Shown here piece after piece: positions 1-9,317 of a stretch of 53,417 nt of DNA. The translations under genes and the position numbers were made by a program. The stretch is from the IMG/VR virus record IMGVR_UViG_3300015194_000001, positions 1 through 53,417 of that record, one strand, 5' to 3'. Source of the DNA: a virus. Taxonomy: Duplodnaviria > Caudoviricetes. Numbering within the stretch: position 1 is the stretch's first letter; each line of letters begins with the position of its first letter. Under the pieces are notes generated by a model. That model made no database searches. It was not told the origin of the DNA and was given only the letters and a program-made list of their open reading frames with translations.

Positions 1-1
1 G

Positions 2-1417
2 GCGTTTGCGTTGATGATCGCGGCGCTCTACAAGGCCGAGAAGACCGACAACGAGCAGCACGCCTACGCATGGTTCAACAGCGAGCTTGCCAAGCGCTTC
101 AAGGGAGAGCCGGACAACCCGATCGGATCGCCGAAGAAGATGGCTGTGCTGATGTACGAGATCATGAAGTTGCCGGTCAGGGTGCGCAATAAGGCCACCG
201 ACAAGATGCGCAACGTCGGGGTTTTTGAGGGCAACCCGAAGACCGATGCGCTTGCTATTTCCTACGGTGTACTGGACTCGACGGCTGAGCAAAAAATTGT
301 TCTCGAAGCACTCAAGCTGATGCAGATGGTGCGGACACGTCGCTCGCTCTACTACAGCAAATGGGTCCACTACCCGCACTGGAAGGACGGGCTTGTGAGG
401 CCGCAGCACAACCAATGTGCGACCAACACACGACGTGCGTCAGAGTCCAAGCCAAATAAGCAAGCTCTCAGCAAGCACGCCAAGGTCGAGGGCTATGCAC
501 CGCGCGTACGCGAAATGATCGTCCCGCACAAACGTGGCGCGGTGGTGGTATCGCTTGACTTTGACTCGCAGGAGCTTCGAGTCATCACAGACTACAGCCG
601 CGATCCCAACATGACGGCCTGCTATGTGGGCGACAGTCCGAAGGACATGCACGCTCTGACGGGTCTTGGGATCTTCAACTACAAGGCGAAGAAACGGGGC
701 GTCGAACCGATCGACTACGACACATTCATCGCGATCAAGGAACGTGCTGACAAAGCCGACCCGTTGTATCAGTACGTCAAAGACGACCGGGCAAAAGGGA
801 AGACAACTAACTTCGCGACGGAATATGGTGCAATGGCCCCAAAAGTAGCGCAAACTCTGCTCGTGAGCGAAGAGGACGCGCAGGCGTTTATTGATGCTCG
901 CGAGAGCGCCTTCGCAGTTGCGAAGGCATGGAAAGAGCGTGTGGTGCAGGAGGCTAAAGACGTCGGTTTCGTTCGATCAATGATGGGTGGTGTACGGCAT
1001 CTGCGTCCGATGCTCATGAGCGGTGACGCTTGGATCTCGAGCAAGGCAGAGCGGCAGGCGGTGAACTTCAAGGTGCAGAGCAGCTCGGCTGAGATGACGA
1101 AGTGTGCCGAGGGCAAAACGTTTAAAGACGGCCTGCTCTTCGACTTCGACGCAGCTTGCTACGGGCCTGTGCATGACGAACTCGTTTTTTCAGTTCTCAT
1201 TGAGGATCTCTACGAGTTCTTGCCGCGAGTGCATGCTTGCATGACCGCTCCGTTTGCGGGTATGTGGGTGCCAGTGGAGTCGTCGATCTCATTCGGCCCG
1301 TCGTTCGGACAACAGATCGAAATTGGCCTCAAGCCCACACGTCAAGCAATTGACCAAGGGCTCGCAGAGATGCGAGAAAAGTATGGGAAAGAAAACGGGA
1401 CCGCGGCCACCACTTGA
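2..1417 (+). CDS. polA: Family A DNA polymerase, C-terminal polymerase domain (5'-truncated by window edge)
   Basis: Motif A DFDSQELRV, motif B RAKGKTTNFATEYG, motif C VHDEL, plus AERQAVNFKVQSS; frame is open back to position 2. Confidence 0.95.
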   Translation, partial: AFALMIAALYKAEKTDNEQHAYAWFNSELAKRFKGEPDNPIGSPKKMAVLMYEIMKLPVRVRNKATDKMRNVGVFEGNPKTDALAISYGVLDSTAEQKIVLEALKLMQMVRTRRSLYYSKWVHYPHWKDGLVRPQHNQCATNTRRASESKPNKQALSKHAKVEGYAPRVREMIVPHKRGAVVVSLDFDSQELRVITDYSRDPNMTACYVGDSPKDMHALTGLGIFNYKAKKRGVEPIDYDTFIAIKERADKADPLYQYVKDDRAKGKTTNFATEYGAMAPKVAQTLLVSEEDAQAFIDARESAFAVAKAWKERVVQEAKDVGFVRSMMGGVRHLRPMLMSGDAWISSKAERQAVNFKVQSSSAEMTKCAEGKTFKDGLLFDFDAACYGPVHDELVFSVLIEDLYEFLPRVHACMTAPFAGMWVPVESSISFGPSFGQQIEIGLKPTRQAIDQGLAEMREKYGKENGTAATT

Positions 1418-2024
1418 AAAGGGCCAGCGGTGGGATCGGCTTGTCTACACGGGGGAACCGCTGCGGGTACAAGGCATTGCTTATCAGGTGCCTGTCAAGT
1501 GCGACTGCGGCGAGACGCGTTGGATGTTTCTCGCCAACCTGAAGAGAGGGATCAGCCGGTCCTGCGGCTGTTTACGAAAAGAGATGACCATCGAGAGGAA
1601 CACAACGCACGGGCTGAGCAACTCCAGGGTCGACAGTATTTGGTCTTCAATGTGGACGCGATGCACAAACCCAAAAGCAAATAGCTACAAAGACTACGGC
1701 GCCAAAGGCATCGTGCCTTGTGAGAAATGGCGCACTCTTGAAGGTTTTATCGAAGACATGGGGATGCCACCTGACGGGCTAACACTGGAGCGCAAAGACG
1801 GAAATCTCGGCTATAACAAAGACAATTGCGAGTGGGCTGACTACACCACGCAGGCACGCAATCGGTCTAACGCGCTCTGGTTTGATTGGGAAGGAAAATC
1901 TGTGCACCTGAAAGATCTGTGCGTTCAGTATTCGCTGGACTATCACGCTGTGTATTGGCGTCTCTTTGTCGGCAAGTGGTCGCTTGAAGACGCACTGCTA
2001 ACTCCTTCGCAAAAATTCCAATGA
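1383..2024 (+). CDS. HNH-type homing endonuclease-like protein
   Basis: Common phage pattern CDCG..SCGC..THG..W.SM..RC.NP..YG..GI..C..W..F..DMG..TLER.D.N.GY...NC.WA; likely ATG at 1383 overlaps the polymerase 3' end. Confidence 0.8.
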   Translation: MGKKTGPRPPLEKGQRWDRLVYTGEPLRVQGIAYQVPVKCDCGETRWMFLANLKRGISRSCGCLRKEMTIERNTTHGLSNSRVDSIWSSMWTRCTNPKANSYKDYGAKGIVPCEKWRTLEGFIEDMGMPPDGLTLERKDGNLGYNKDNCEWADYTTQARNRSNALWFDWEGKSVHLKDLCVQYSLDYHAVYWRLFVGKWSLEDALLTPSQKFQ

Positions 2025-2629
2025 CCCACTACGCCACCCTCGACGTCGACATCAATGCTGACGACACCACGATCAAGCTAGCCTTCAGAAAGCTCGCGCA
2101 GAAGTGGCACCCCGACAGGAACAAGGCGCCCGATGCCGAAGCTCGCTTCAAGGCCATCAACGACGCGGCTGAGATCCTGCTGCACCCTGAGCGCCGGCGA
2201 CAGTACAACGAGACAGGCGAGAGCAACCTGCCCAAGCCGCGCGAGATCGAGGTGCGCAACAGGGCGATGGCCTGCATTCAGAAAGCGCTCAGCGGTGGCG
2301 ACGACATCCGCGTAGGTGCGCTGTCAGTCGCGCAGCAAGAGCTGAACCAGCTGACGGTCAAGAAGCAGCAGTGCCGTGCTGGCGTCGATATGCTGCGAAA
2401 GAAACGAGAGAGGGTCAAAGCCAAAGACGAGAATGGCTTGAACCTCTTTCACATGGTGATCGATCAGGCGATCACCAATCAAGAGCAAATGCTCGAGCAA
2501 CTTCATGCCGAAGATGATCTTTGGACAGAGGTGCTCGCGCTGTTGCAGGACTACGAGAGCGTTGCGTCGATGATGACGTCGCTGCCGCGGTTCCATTTCG
2601 GTACTTCAACTGCAACTTCAGGATACTGA
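2021..2629 (+). CDS. J-domain (DnaJ-like) protein with helical C-terminus
   Basis: N-terminal HYATLDV...IKLAFRKLAQKWHPDRN...ARFKAINDA..IL....RR.QY with intact HPD motif. Confidence 0.9.
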   Translation: MTHYATLDVDINADDTTIKLAFRKLAQKWHPDRNKAPDAEARFKAINDAAEILLHPERRRQYNETGESNLPKPREIEVRNRAMACIQKALSGGDDIRVGALSVAQQELNQLTVKKQQCRAGVDMLRKKRERVKAKDENGLNLFHMVIDQAITNQEQMLEQLHAEDDLWTEVLALLQDYESVASMMTSLPRFHFGTSTATSGY

Positions 2630-2630
2630 C

Positions 2631-2948
2631 ATGAGCAAACATGAGACCCCCATCTTCATCACCATCACCGGCGCTAAGGGCGCAGGCAAGACGAGCGTCG
2701 CCAACATCGTCGGAGCGCGCTTGCGTGATCTCGGCATGATGGTCAAGGTTGCCGACGACAACGGCGCGACGATCCTCGACGAAGCAGTTCTCGACGGCAA
2801 CATCGTCCTGGAGCCGAACTCGCCGATCTTCATCACCACGAGCGATCGCGCCATCACCGAGACGCCATGGGCTGCTCCGGTCGGCGTGTATATCAGCTGC
2901 GTGGTCGGAGCAGCCGTCTTGGATTGGTGTTTAGCTTCTTGGTTCTGA
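2631..2948 (+). CDS. Short P-loop protein resembling a nucleotide kinase N-terminus
   Basis: FITITGAKGAGKTSVA Walker A near the N-terminus; only 105 aa. Confidence 0.5.
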   Translation: MSKHETPIFITITGAKGAGKTSVANIVGARLRDLGMMVKVADDNGATILDEAVLDGNIVLEPNSPIFITTSDRAITETPWAAPVGVYISCVVGAAVLDWCLASWF

Positions 2949-3003
2949 CGCTTTGGCCCTATGTGGCTTGAAAGTTCAGGCACGACAACGCAAAGGATTT
3001 CTG

Positions 3004-3870
3004 ATGGATCACACAATTAACGTCCTCGATCACGGCCTTGTGCGGCTGGTCAGCTATACGCAGCCAGCCGTACAAGAAGTCGAAGTGCAGCATCTCGAGC
3101 AGCGCCTTGCTGACGGCACCGTCGTCAAGCCTGCAGGCACGTCGATGATGGCTGCCGACTACTCCGACTGGACCGGCGACTTGGAGATCGTGCGCAACGC
3201 CCGCGTCTCCTACGACGCAGCCTGGCGCGCTGGAGAGGACGACGACAAGGACGCCAAGCTCGTCAACTATCTGCTGAAGAACAGGCACACGTCGCCCTTC
3301 GAGGCGATGAGCTTCACTTTCGAGGTGAAGGCGCCGATCTTCGTGCTGCGGCAGTGGCACCGGCACCGCACTTGGAGCTACAACGAGGTGTCGGCGCGCT
3401 ACGCCGAGCTGCCCGAAGAGTTCTATGTGCCGGAGCTAGACCAGATCACGACGCAGTCGACGAGCAACAAGCAAATGCGAACGACGGAGCAACATCCGTA
3501 TGCGGCAGGCTGGCAAGAGAATTTCCGCACAGCTTGCGAAGACGCCTTTCGTTGCTACAAGCAAGCCCTTGCTGATGGCGTACCAAGAGAGCTCGCTCGA
3601 TCGGTGCTGCCGGTGGCGACGTACAGCCACATGTTCGCGTCGGTCGACTTGCACAACCTGTTCCACTTCTGCGCGCTGCGCATGCACTCCCATGCCCAGT
3701 ACGAGATCCGCGTCTACGCCGAGGCGATGCTCAAGCTGATCGAGCCGATCTGCCCGGTGGCGGTGAAGGCTTTCAGGGCGCATGTGCTGAAGGTGGATGC
3801 GCCCGCACCTGTCGACACCACGCCTCGCATCGTGGTCGGCGTCGGCGGCAACACGCGCAGGCACTTCTGA
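3004..3870 (+). CDS. thyX: Flavin-dependent thymidylate synthase
   Basis: ARVSY, HTSPFE, RHRTWSYNEVSARY (RHRx7S signature), ELARSVLP, HAQYEIR; ATG at 3004 after AAAGGA. Confidence 0.95.
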   Translation: MDHTINVLDHGLVRLVSYTQPAVQEVEVQHLEQRLADGTVVKPAGTSMMAADYSDWTGDLEIVRNARVSYDAAWRAGEDDDKDAKLVNYLLKNRHTSPFEAMSFTFEVKAPIFVLRQWHRHRTWSYNEVSARYAELPEEFYVPELDQITTQSTSNKQMRTTEQHPYAAGWQENFRTACEDAFRCYKQALADGVPRELARSVLPVATYSHMFASVDLHNLFHFCALRMHSHAQYEIRVYAEAMLKLIEPICPVAVKAFRAHVLKVDAPAPVDTTPRIVVGVGGNTRRHF

Positions 3871-4097
3871 TGGAAGACACGATGGCTGCGCTCATCTTGT
3901 GGCTGATCATCGTCTGCGGTGGCGGCTTCATGGTGCTGTTCACGCTCTTCATGCTGCTGGCCGTGACGCTCTATGCGATTGCAGCCTGCAAGTGGCCGGA
4001 AGCAGCAGACAGTATGACGCCCCTGCACATCATCAATCGGCTGCTCGATGAATCAAAAATACCCCACGCTGTGGGCTCGGATCCTAGCGAACACTGA
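3870..4097 (+). CDS. Small membrane protein
   Basis: Long hydrophobic N-terminal stretch; ATG overlaps the thyX stop (TGATG). Confidence 0.6.
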   Translation: MEDTMAALILWLIIVCGGGFMVLFTLFMLLAVTLYAIAACKWPEAADSMTPLHIINRLLDESKIPHAVGSDPSEH

Positions 4098-4437
4098 GCT
4101 CGATCCTGACGGCTGCTGGATCTGGAAAGGCCAGCGGTCGTCAACAGGCGGCCGCTACCCGCAGATCAGCATGCGTGTGGAGGGCAAGCACAAGACGCTG
4201 CGCGCGCACAGGTTGGTCGCCGAGATCATCCTGCGCCGACCGTTACACCCTGTCGACGAGACCATCGAACACACTTGCTACAAGACAGGTTGTATCTCGC
4301 CTAACTGCACGGGTATGATGACAAACTCGGCGAATGCGTCAGCAGCTCGACACAAGGGCGAGTACCTCCCCGGTACGCTGACGATGCTGAACAACGAGGG
4401 GCGCTACTGGCACCCCGAAGAACCGATCCCTTTTTAG
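4048..4437 (+). CDS. HNH/His-Me finger endonuclease
   Basis: GCWIWKG..YPQI..RAHRLVAE..EHTC....CISP pattern of phage HNH proteins. Confidence 0.75.
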   Translation: MNQKYPTLWARILANTELDPDGCWIWKGQRSSTGGRYPQISMRVEGKHKTLRAHRLVAEIILRRPLHPVDETIEHTCYKTGCISPNCTGMMTNSANASAARHKGEYLPGTLTMLNNEGRYWHPEEPIPF

Positions 4438-4446
4438 GAGAAACCA

Positions 4447-4857
4447 ATGAAACTGATTATCGCTACCGTCCTGGCCTTTATCACTGTCAGCGCCAACGCG
4501 CAGGCTGTCGATCCTCACGTCACGCAGGCCAACATCAAGTCGACGATCTGCACGCGCGGCTACACGAAAACCGTGCGGCCTTCAGTGCAATACACCAACA
4601 AGATCAAGCGTCAACTGATGACTGCGCAGCACCTGCCGATGACCACCATCGGGCAGTACGAACTCGACCACATCATCCCGCTTGAAGTCGGCGGCTGTGG
4701 CTCATGCCTGAACAACCTGCGTCTGCAGATCAAAGCCGGCGCAAATGGCGCACTGATCAAAGACGCCAAGGAGAACAATATCCACGCCTCCGTGTGCTCT
4801 GGCGCCACGACGCTGAAGGCGGGGCAGCAATACTTCGTGATCCACTGGGGCAAGTGA
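4447..4857 (+). CDS. Signal-peptide-bearing HNH-like protein
   Basis: AGGAG RBS; MKLIIATVLAFITVSANA|QA signal peptide; YELDHIIPLEVGG...NNL HNH-like core. Confidence 0.7.
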   Translation: MKLIIATVLAFITVSANAQAVDPHVTQANIKSTICTRGYTKTVRPSVQYTNKIKRQLMTAQHLPMTTIGQYELDHIIPLEVGGCGSCLNNLRLQIKAGANGALIKDAKENNIHASVCSGATTLKAGQQYFVIHWGK

Positions 4858-5369
4858 TGGGTGAGTTCACCGACCACCTCGCTAAGAAGGCGAAGGGCAG
4901 CCAAGGCAAGGTCTCGGAGACGCGGGTGCAGGAGTACCTGCAGGCCAAGGGCAACGCCGACAAGACGTTCGACTGGCACCGCGCCTATGACGCACGCAGC
5001 GCCGGCGGCAAGGCGCAGCGCATCTGCGGTGACTTCAGCTGGTACAGGCCTAGCTCACACGGTGTGATCGAAGTAAAGGAGACGCAGTTCGACAATCGTT
5101 TACCTTATTCCAACTACGAGTTGCATCAAGTGGCCAAGGTCGTTGTGCGCAAGCTCGCGGGCGGCCGCTCGATCGTGCTGGTGTACTCGAAGAGCACCGA
5201 GATCTGGCGCTGGTTTCCGATCGAGTTCTTCCAGCACCGCGACACCAGCAAGGGTGTCGGCAGCTGGTACTTTCCCGAAGGGCAGCACACCTATCCCGAC
5301 TGCGACACCATCCTCGATCACTTCTTCAGAGGCTCGATCCCTATCCCGAAAGGATCTCGTCATGCGTGA
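4857..5369 (+). CDS. PD-(D/E)XK nuclease, putative Holliday junction resolvase
   Basis: G...E...GDF....GVIEVKET motif; sits immediately before the Mre11/Rad50-like pair. Confidence 0.65.
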   Translation: MGEFTDHLAKKAKGSQGKVSETRVQEYLQAKGNADKTFDWHRAYDARSAGGKAQRICGDFSWYRPSSHGVIEVKETQFDNRLPYSNYELHQVAKVVVRKLAGGRSIVLVYSKSTEIWRWFPIEFFQHRDTSKGVGSWYFPEGQHTYPDCDTILDHFFRGSIPIPKGSRHA

Positions 5370-6417
5370 TCTCGTGATCGTCAATGACCTACACGTAGGT
5401 GTCCTACGCACTGGAGGTACAACCCCTGCCAGTGCACTTCGCCTCCGACAAGACTTGCTGTTTGGTGCGCAACAACTTTTCGAGCTGGCTGACGGCTGTG
5501 ATCTTTTGGTCAACGGTGATCTGTTCGATACATTCACCGTGCCCCTTACGGATATGTTCTCTATGCTGCAAATTGCGAGCGCATGGCTGCACAAGAACTC
5601 AAGTTCAATGCTATTCACAAATTTGGGCAACCACGACCTGGCGAAGAACAGAGAGATCTTCAGCAGCTTCGACTTTTTCACCCGCGCTCTTGCTCTTGAG
5701 TTTCCTGCTCGTGCTGTTGCGATCAGAGGGCTGGCACAGCTACCTGGCCGCAGCTTTTGGGTGCTGAGTCACGTCACCAACCAAGATGAATTCGAACTTG
5801 AACTGAGTCGCGTGCCACCTTGCGAATACCTTGCAGTCCACGCCAACTATGACAATGGTTTCGCTGCGAAGAGCGACCACAGCTTGAATCTCTCGCGGGA
5901 TCAAGCAGCAGCTCTGATGGGTCGGGGCATAGGCAACCTGATCTTCGGCCACGAGCATCAGCACAAACGTGTTCGCTTTGTCCAAGGCGACGTTCTAGTT
6001 GTCGGCAACCAGATGCCATCGAGCGTTGCCGACTGCCTTGGCAATGACCAGAAGTTTGCAGCGAAGATTGTTGACGGCCAACTTCATCTGATCGAGACCT
6101 GGCACGCCGAAGGCAACTTCACGCAGATGGACTGGCGCACCCTTGCCGATGACGGCGCGCAGTTCATTCGGGTCATTGGCGACGCGCAGTCCGACGAAGC
6201 ATCCGCTGTCGTGCAGGCCATCGCCAAGTTTCGTCAGCAGAGCAAGGCGCTGGTCATCACCAACGCCGTGCAGATCGCAGGCTCGTCGACAGCGGAGATG
6301 ACGGTGTCGCTGGAGCAGGTGCAGAACTTCAACGTGATGGAGGAACTCATGAAATTCATGGAGACCGACGAGCAGCGCGCGATGATCGCGAAGCTGATGG
6401 AGAGCAGCGATGTCTGA
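5362..6417 (+). CDS. Mre11/SbcD-like metallophosphoesterase nuclease
   Basis: DLH, GDLFD, GNHD and GHEH motifs; upstream of a Rad50-like ATPase. Confidence 0.9.
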   Translation: MRDLVIVNDLHVGVLRTGGTTPASALRLRQDLLFGAQQLFELADGCDLLVNGDLFDTFTVPLTDMFSMLQIASAWLHKNSSSMLFTNLGNHDLAKNREIFSSFDFFTRALALEFPARAVAIRGLAQLPGRSFWVLSHVTNQDEFELELSRVPPCEYLAVHANYDNGFAAKSDHSLNLSRDQAAALMGRGIGNLIFGHEHQHKRVRFVQGDVLVVGNQMPSSVADCLGNDQKFAAKIVDGQLHLIETWHAEGNFTQMDWRTLADDGAQFIRVIGDAQSDEASAVVQAIAKFRQQSKALVITNAVQIAGSSTAEMTVSLEQVQNFNVMEELMKFMETDEQRAMIAKLMESSDV

Positions 6418-6598
6418 CGAAGAAGCGCTGAAGACTCTGGCCGGCAGCGAGTGGTTTGCTTGCGCTCAGGCAGACGGGCAACGACGGCCTGACTGGCATG
6501 CAGGTTTCGGCAAGTCGCTCAAGGTCCGGCTTGATGGGCGCTTCTCTCTCGAAGAACTGCAGGCCTTGATCCACTTCCACCCGAGCACCCATGTTTAA
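6410..6598 (+). CDS. Hypothetical protein (62 aa)
   Basis: Overlaps both neighbours by 8 nt, GGAG upstream. Confidence 0.55.
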   Translation: MSDEEALKTLAGSEWFACAQADGQRRPDWHAGFGKSLKVRLDGRFSLEELQALIHFHPSTHV

Positions 6599-8687
6599 GT
6601 CTCTGACACTCAGCAACTTTCGCAAGCATGCGAATCTGCACATCGACTTCAGCCAAGGCTTGATCGCGATCCGCGGCGCCAACGAGGCAGGCAAGACGAC
6701 GATTCAGGAAGCGATCTGCTACGCGCTCTTCGGTGTGAAGGGCCTGCGCCAGTCGCTGGTCGACGTCGTGACTTACGGCATGCCGGAGTCGGCGCTGAAG
6801 GTGTCGCTCATGCTGAGCGACGGCACAGCAATCACGCGCAGCAAGAGCGGCGCAGAGATCACGAACACCGGCGTGCTGTGCACTGGCCAGAAGGAGTGCA
6901 CGCGGTGGGTGGAGAAGCGCCTCGGCTGCGACGCTGACGTTGCGAGCCAACTCATGCTCGCAAGCCAGGCAAGGCTGCAGGGTGCGCTGGCCGGCAACGA
7001 GGCGGTGTCCCTGATCGAGACGCTTGCGGACTTCGATCTCATCGACCGCGTCGTTGGCCTGATCCAGAACAAGCTGCTGACCGGCAACACCACGACGGCT
7101 GAGGATGTGCTGGCGTCGCGCGAGGCGCAGCTGGCCGAGCTGCCGACAGCGCCGATCGACACGGCCGGCGCCGAGCTCGCAGTGTTCGCGCTGAACGAGC
7201 AGATGGGCACGCAATACTTCACGCAGAAGGAGCTATCAAACCAGCTGCAGGCCCTCGACATCGCCGCCGCCCGCCGCTTCATGGTGGACCTGGCCGCGGC
7301 CAAGCGCGATCTGCACGGTCTCGACCGGCAAGTCCTCGATCTTGGCGACGTGGTCGAGCGTCCGATCCCTGACCCCGCCGCGCCGCTCGAGCAGATCGAC
7401 GTGTGGCGACGCGAGCTGATGGGGTTGAAGGATGCGGCGGCGCGGCGGGAGGCCTTCTCAAAGCTGCAGGCACTGGCGCTGGCCGAGCCTGATGTCACAT
7501 GGGACGGATCGGCGCAGAGCTTTCGCGACGAGATCGCCGCCGTAGCACTCGGTATGGAAAGCAAAGCGGCTGACCGTGCAATCGCACAGCGCCAGATGGA
7601 CGCAGCAGCCGCACGCAAGATCACCGAGACCGCGTGCGCCTTCTGCGGTAAGGATCTCACTGATGTGCCTGAAGTAATTCGGCGCAATGTCGAGGCTGAC
7701 GCTGCATACGCATTGGCAAAAAAGCACTACGATGGATTCTCGACTGCTTATCTGGATAAGCAGGCCGAGTGGCGTGACCTGCATAGCGTGGACCAAAAGG
7801 CACACGAATACGAGTCTGCTCTCAATCGCTACGCAGCATTCATCATCAAGATCGACGACCGCTACCCCTTCCGGTGGCAGTGGCTCGGCGAGCCACCGGC
7901 CACCAGCGAGGCGGTCCCCGACTACAACGCCATGATCAGGGCAGCCGAGACCGCGCACGCGGCCTACAACCAGGCGCTGGGCGCGCGCAACGCGGCGCTG
8001 CAGCAGCTGAGCGCCCTGAAGGAGCACTACGACGCCCTGACGGCGACGCTGGCCTCCGCGCTGGCCGATGAGCCTGCCAAGGCCGAGGCGATCCGCGCCG
8101 GCGAGCAGCTCGAGCGCGAGATCTCCGACCTTGGCCGCAGGGTCGAGAGCACCAAGCTCGAGCTCCAGGACGCGCGCTTCCGGCTGGAACGGCTACAGAC
8201 GCAGGAAGCAGCGAGAGTGACCGCTTACACCACGGTCAAGGACCAGGTCGGGCACGCCCTGAAACAGCTGCGCGATCTGCGCTGGAACAACGCCCTGCTC
8301 AAGCGGGTGCGCGCCGCCCGGCCTGCGATCGCGGACAAGCTCTGGACGATCGTCCTGGCCTCCGTGGGGAACCAGTTCTCACAGATCCGCGGCGTGCAGT
8401 CTGTCATCACCCGCGCCGACAATGGCTTCAAATGCGATGGCCAGGAAGTACAGGGACTGTCAGGCTCCACGCTCGACGCTCTCGGCCTGGCAATTCGTAT
8501 CGCCTTGACCAAGACATTTCTGCCAAACTCTCGGTTCATGATGCTAGACGAGCCCGGCGCCGCTTGCGATGATGAGCGCGAGGGCAACATGCTGGGACTG
8601 ATCGCAGCCAGTGACTTTGATCAAGTGCTTCTCGTCACGCACTCTTCGATCGCCGACTCCTTTGCTTCACAGGTGGTGTCACTATGA
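6591..8687 (+). CDS. Rad50/SbcC-like SMC ATPase
   Basis: LSNFRKH, Walker A GANEAGKTT, coiled coils around CAFC zinc hook, LSGS signature, MMLDEP Walker B, VTH. Confidence 0.92.
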   Translation: MFKSLTLSNFRKHANLHIDFSQGLIAIRGANEAGKTTIQEAICYALFGVKGLRQSLVDVVTYGMPESALKVSLMLSDGTAITRSKSGAEITNTGVLCTGQKECTRWVEKRLGCDADVASQLMLASQARLQGALAGNEAVSLIETLADFDLIDRVVGLIQNKLLTGNTTTAEDVLASREAQLAELPTAPIDTAGAELAVFALNEQMGTQYFTQKELSNQLQALDIAAARRFMVDLAAAKRDLHGLDRQVLDLGDVVERPIPDPAAPLEQIDVWRRELMGLKDAAARREAFSKLQALALAEPDVTWDGSAQSFRDEIAAVALGMESKAADRAIAQRQMDAAAARKITETACAFCGKDLTDVPEVIRRNVEADAAYALAKKHYDGFSTAYLDKQAEWRDLHSVDQKAHEYESALNRYAAFIIKIDDRYPFRWQWLGEPPATSEAVPDYNAMIRAAETAHAAYNQALGARNAALQQLSALKEHYDALTATLASALADEPAKAEAIRAGEQLEREISDLGRRVESTKLELQDARFRLERLQTQEAARVTAYTTVKDQVGHALKQLRDLRWNNALLKRVRAARPAIADKLWTIVLASVGNQFSQIRGVQSVITRADNGFKCDGQEVQGLSGSTLDALGLAIRIALTKTFLPNSRFMMLDEPGAACDDEREGNMLGLIAASDFDQVLLVTHSSIADSFASQVVSL

Positions 8688-8908
8688 ACTTTCTCCTCGA
8701 ATGGAAAGTCATCCTCGCAGCGCAGCTGTACTGGCCTGCGTTCTTCATCACTGAGCTTGTGCAGAAGGACATCGTCGGTGCGGTCGCCATCGGTCTTGCT
8801 ACAGTGTTCCTCGCGTGGGCTGCCATCTGGCTCGTCGAGTTCGGACCTGTAGGTCGCAACCGATGGGTCCAGCAGCACCTGCACGTGCATCCGCACATCG
8901 AGCTATGA
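8684..8908 (+). CDS. Small membrane protein
   Basis: Two hydrophobic segments; ATGA overlap with the upstream gene. Confidence 0.55.
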   Translation: MNFLLEWKVILAAQLYWPAFFITELVQKDIVGAVAIGLATVFLAWAAIWLVEFGPVGRNRWVQQHLHVHPHIEL

Positions 8909-9060
8909 CGCTGGTCGAGACGAGCACGGGACGCCTCGTCGTCCTGCTCAGCCTGCCGGGCGAGGATCCGGTGCGCTTTCGCTACGTGGATGACTTGACA
9001 ACGCGCACGATGTCGCTCATCCAGTTCACCAGCAACGGCTGGTTCGTGGCGGCCGCATGA
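8905..9060 (+). CDS. Hypothetical protein (51 aa)
   Basis: ATGA overlaps at both ends (MTLVETSTG...). Confidence 0.5.
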   Translation: MTLVETSTGRLVVLLSLPGEDPVRFRYVDDLTTRTMSLIQFTSNGWFVAAA

Positions 9061-9317
9061 GCGAGCTTCAGGAGATCGTCAATCGCCTTGCGGTGTTGCC
9101 GCTTGTGCGCTACTGCCAAATCACCGGCGAGAACGCCAACGCGATTCACCAGCGCCGCCACCGCGGCGTGTGGGTCGTTGGCCGCGAGCTCCTCAAGCCC
9201 GAGGGCGGCGACTACTGGGTCGATCTAGTGGCCGTGCAGGACTGGGTCAAGGAACGCACTGGTCAAACGGTCGCGGCCCTCGTCGAGGGCCGCGTGAAGG
9301 AAGAGACGAAGCTCTAG
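9057..9317 (+). CDS. Excisionase-like winged-helix DNA-binding protein
   Basis: L..YC.ITGE...AI..R...GVW..G......G..WVDL.AV..WV pattern typical of Xis/AlpA-like phage proteins. Confidence 0.6.
   Translation: MSELQEIVNRLAVLPLVRYCQITGENANAIHQRRHRGVWVVGRELLKPEGGDYWVDLVAVQDWVKERTGQTVAALVEGRVKEETKL

Noticed and set aside
1383-2024. Group I intron splitting the polymerase
   Set aside because: The polymerase is complete through motif C and its stop codon; the HNH gene is free-standing downstream
9057-9317. Evidence that this is an integrated prophage
   Set aside because: Xis-like HTH proteins occur in lytic phages; no integrase, att site or host genes are visible
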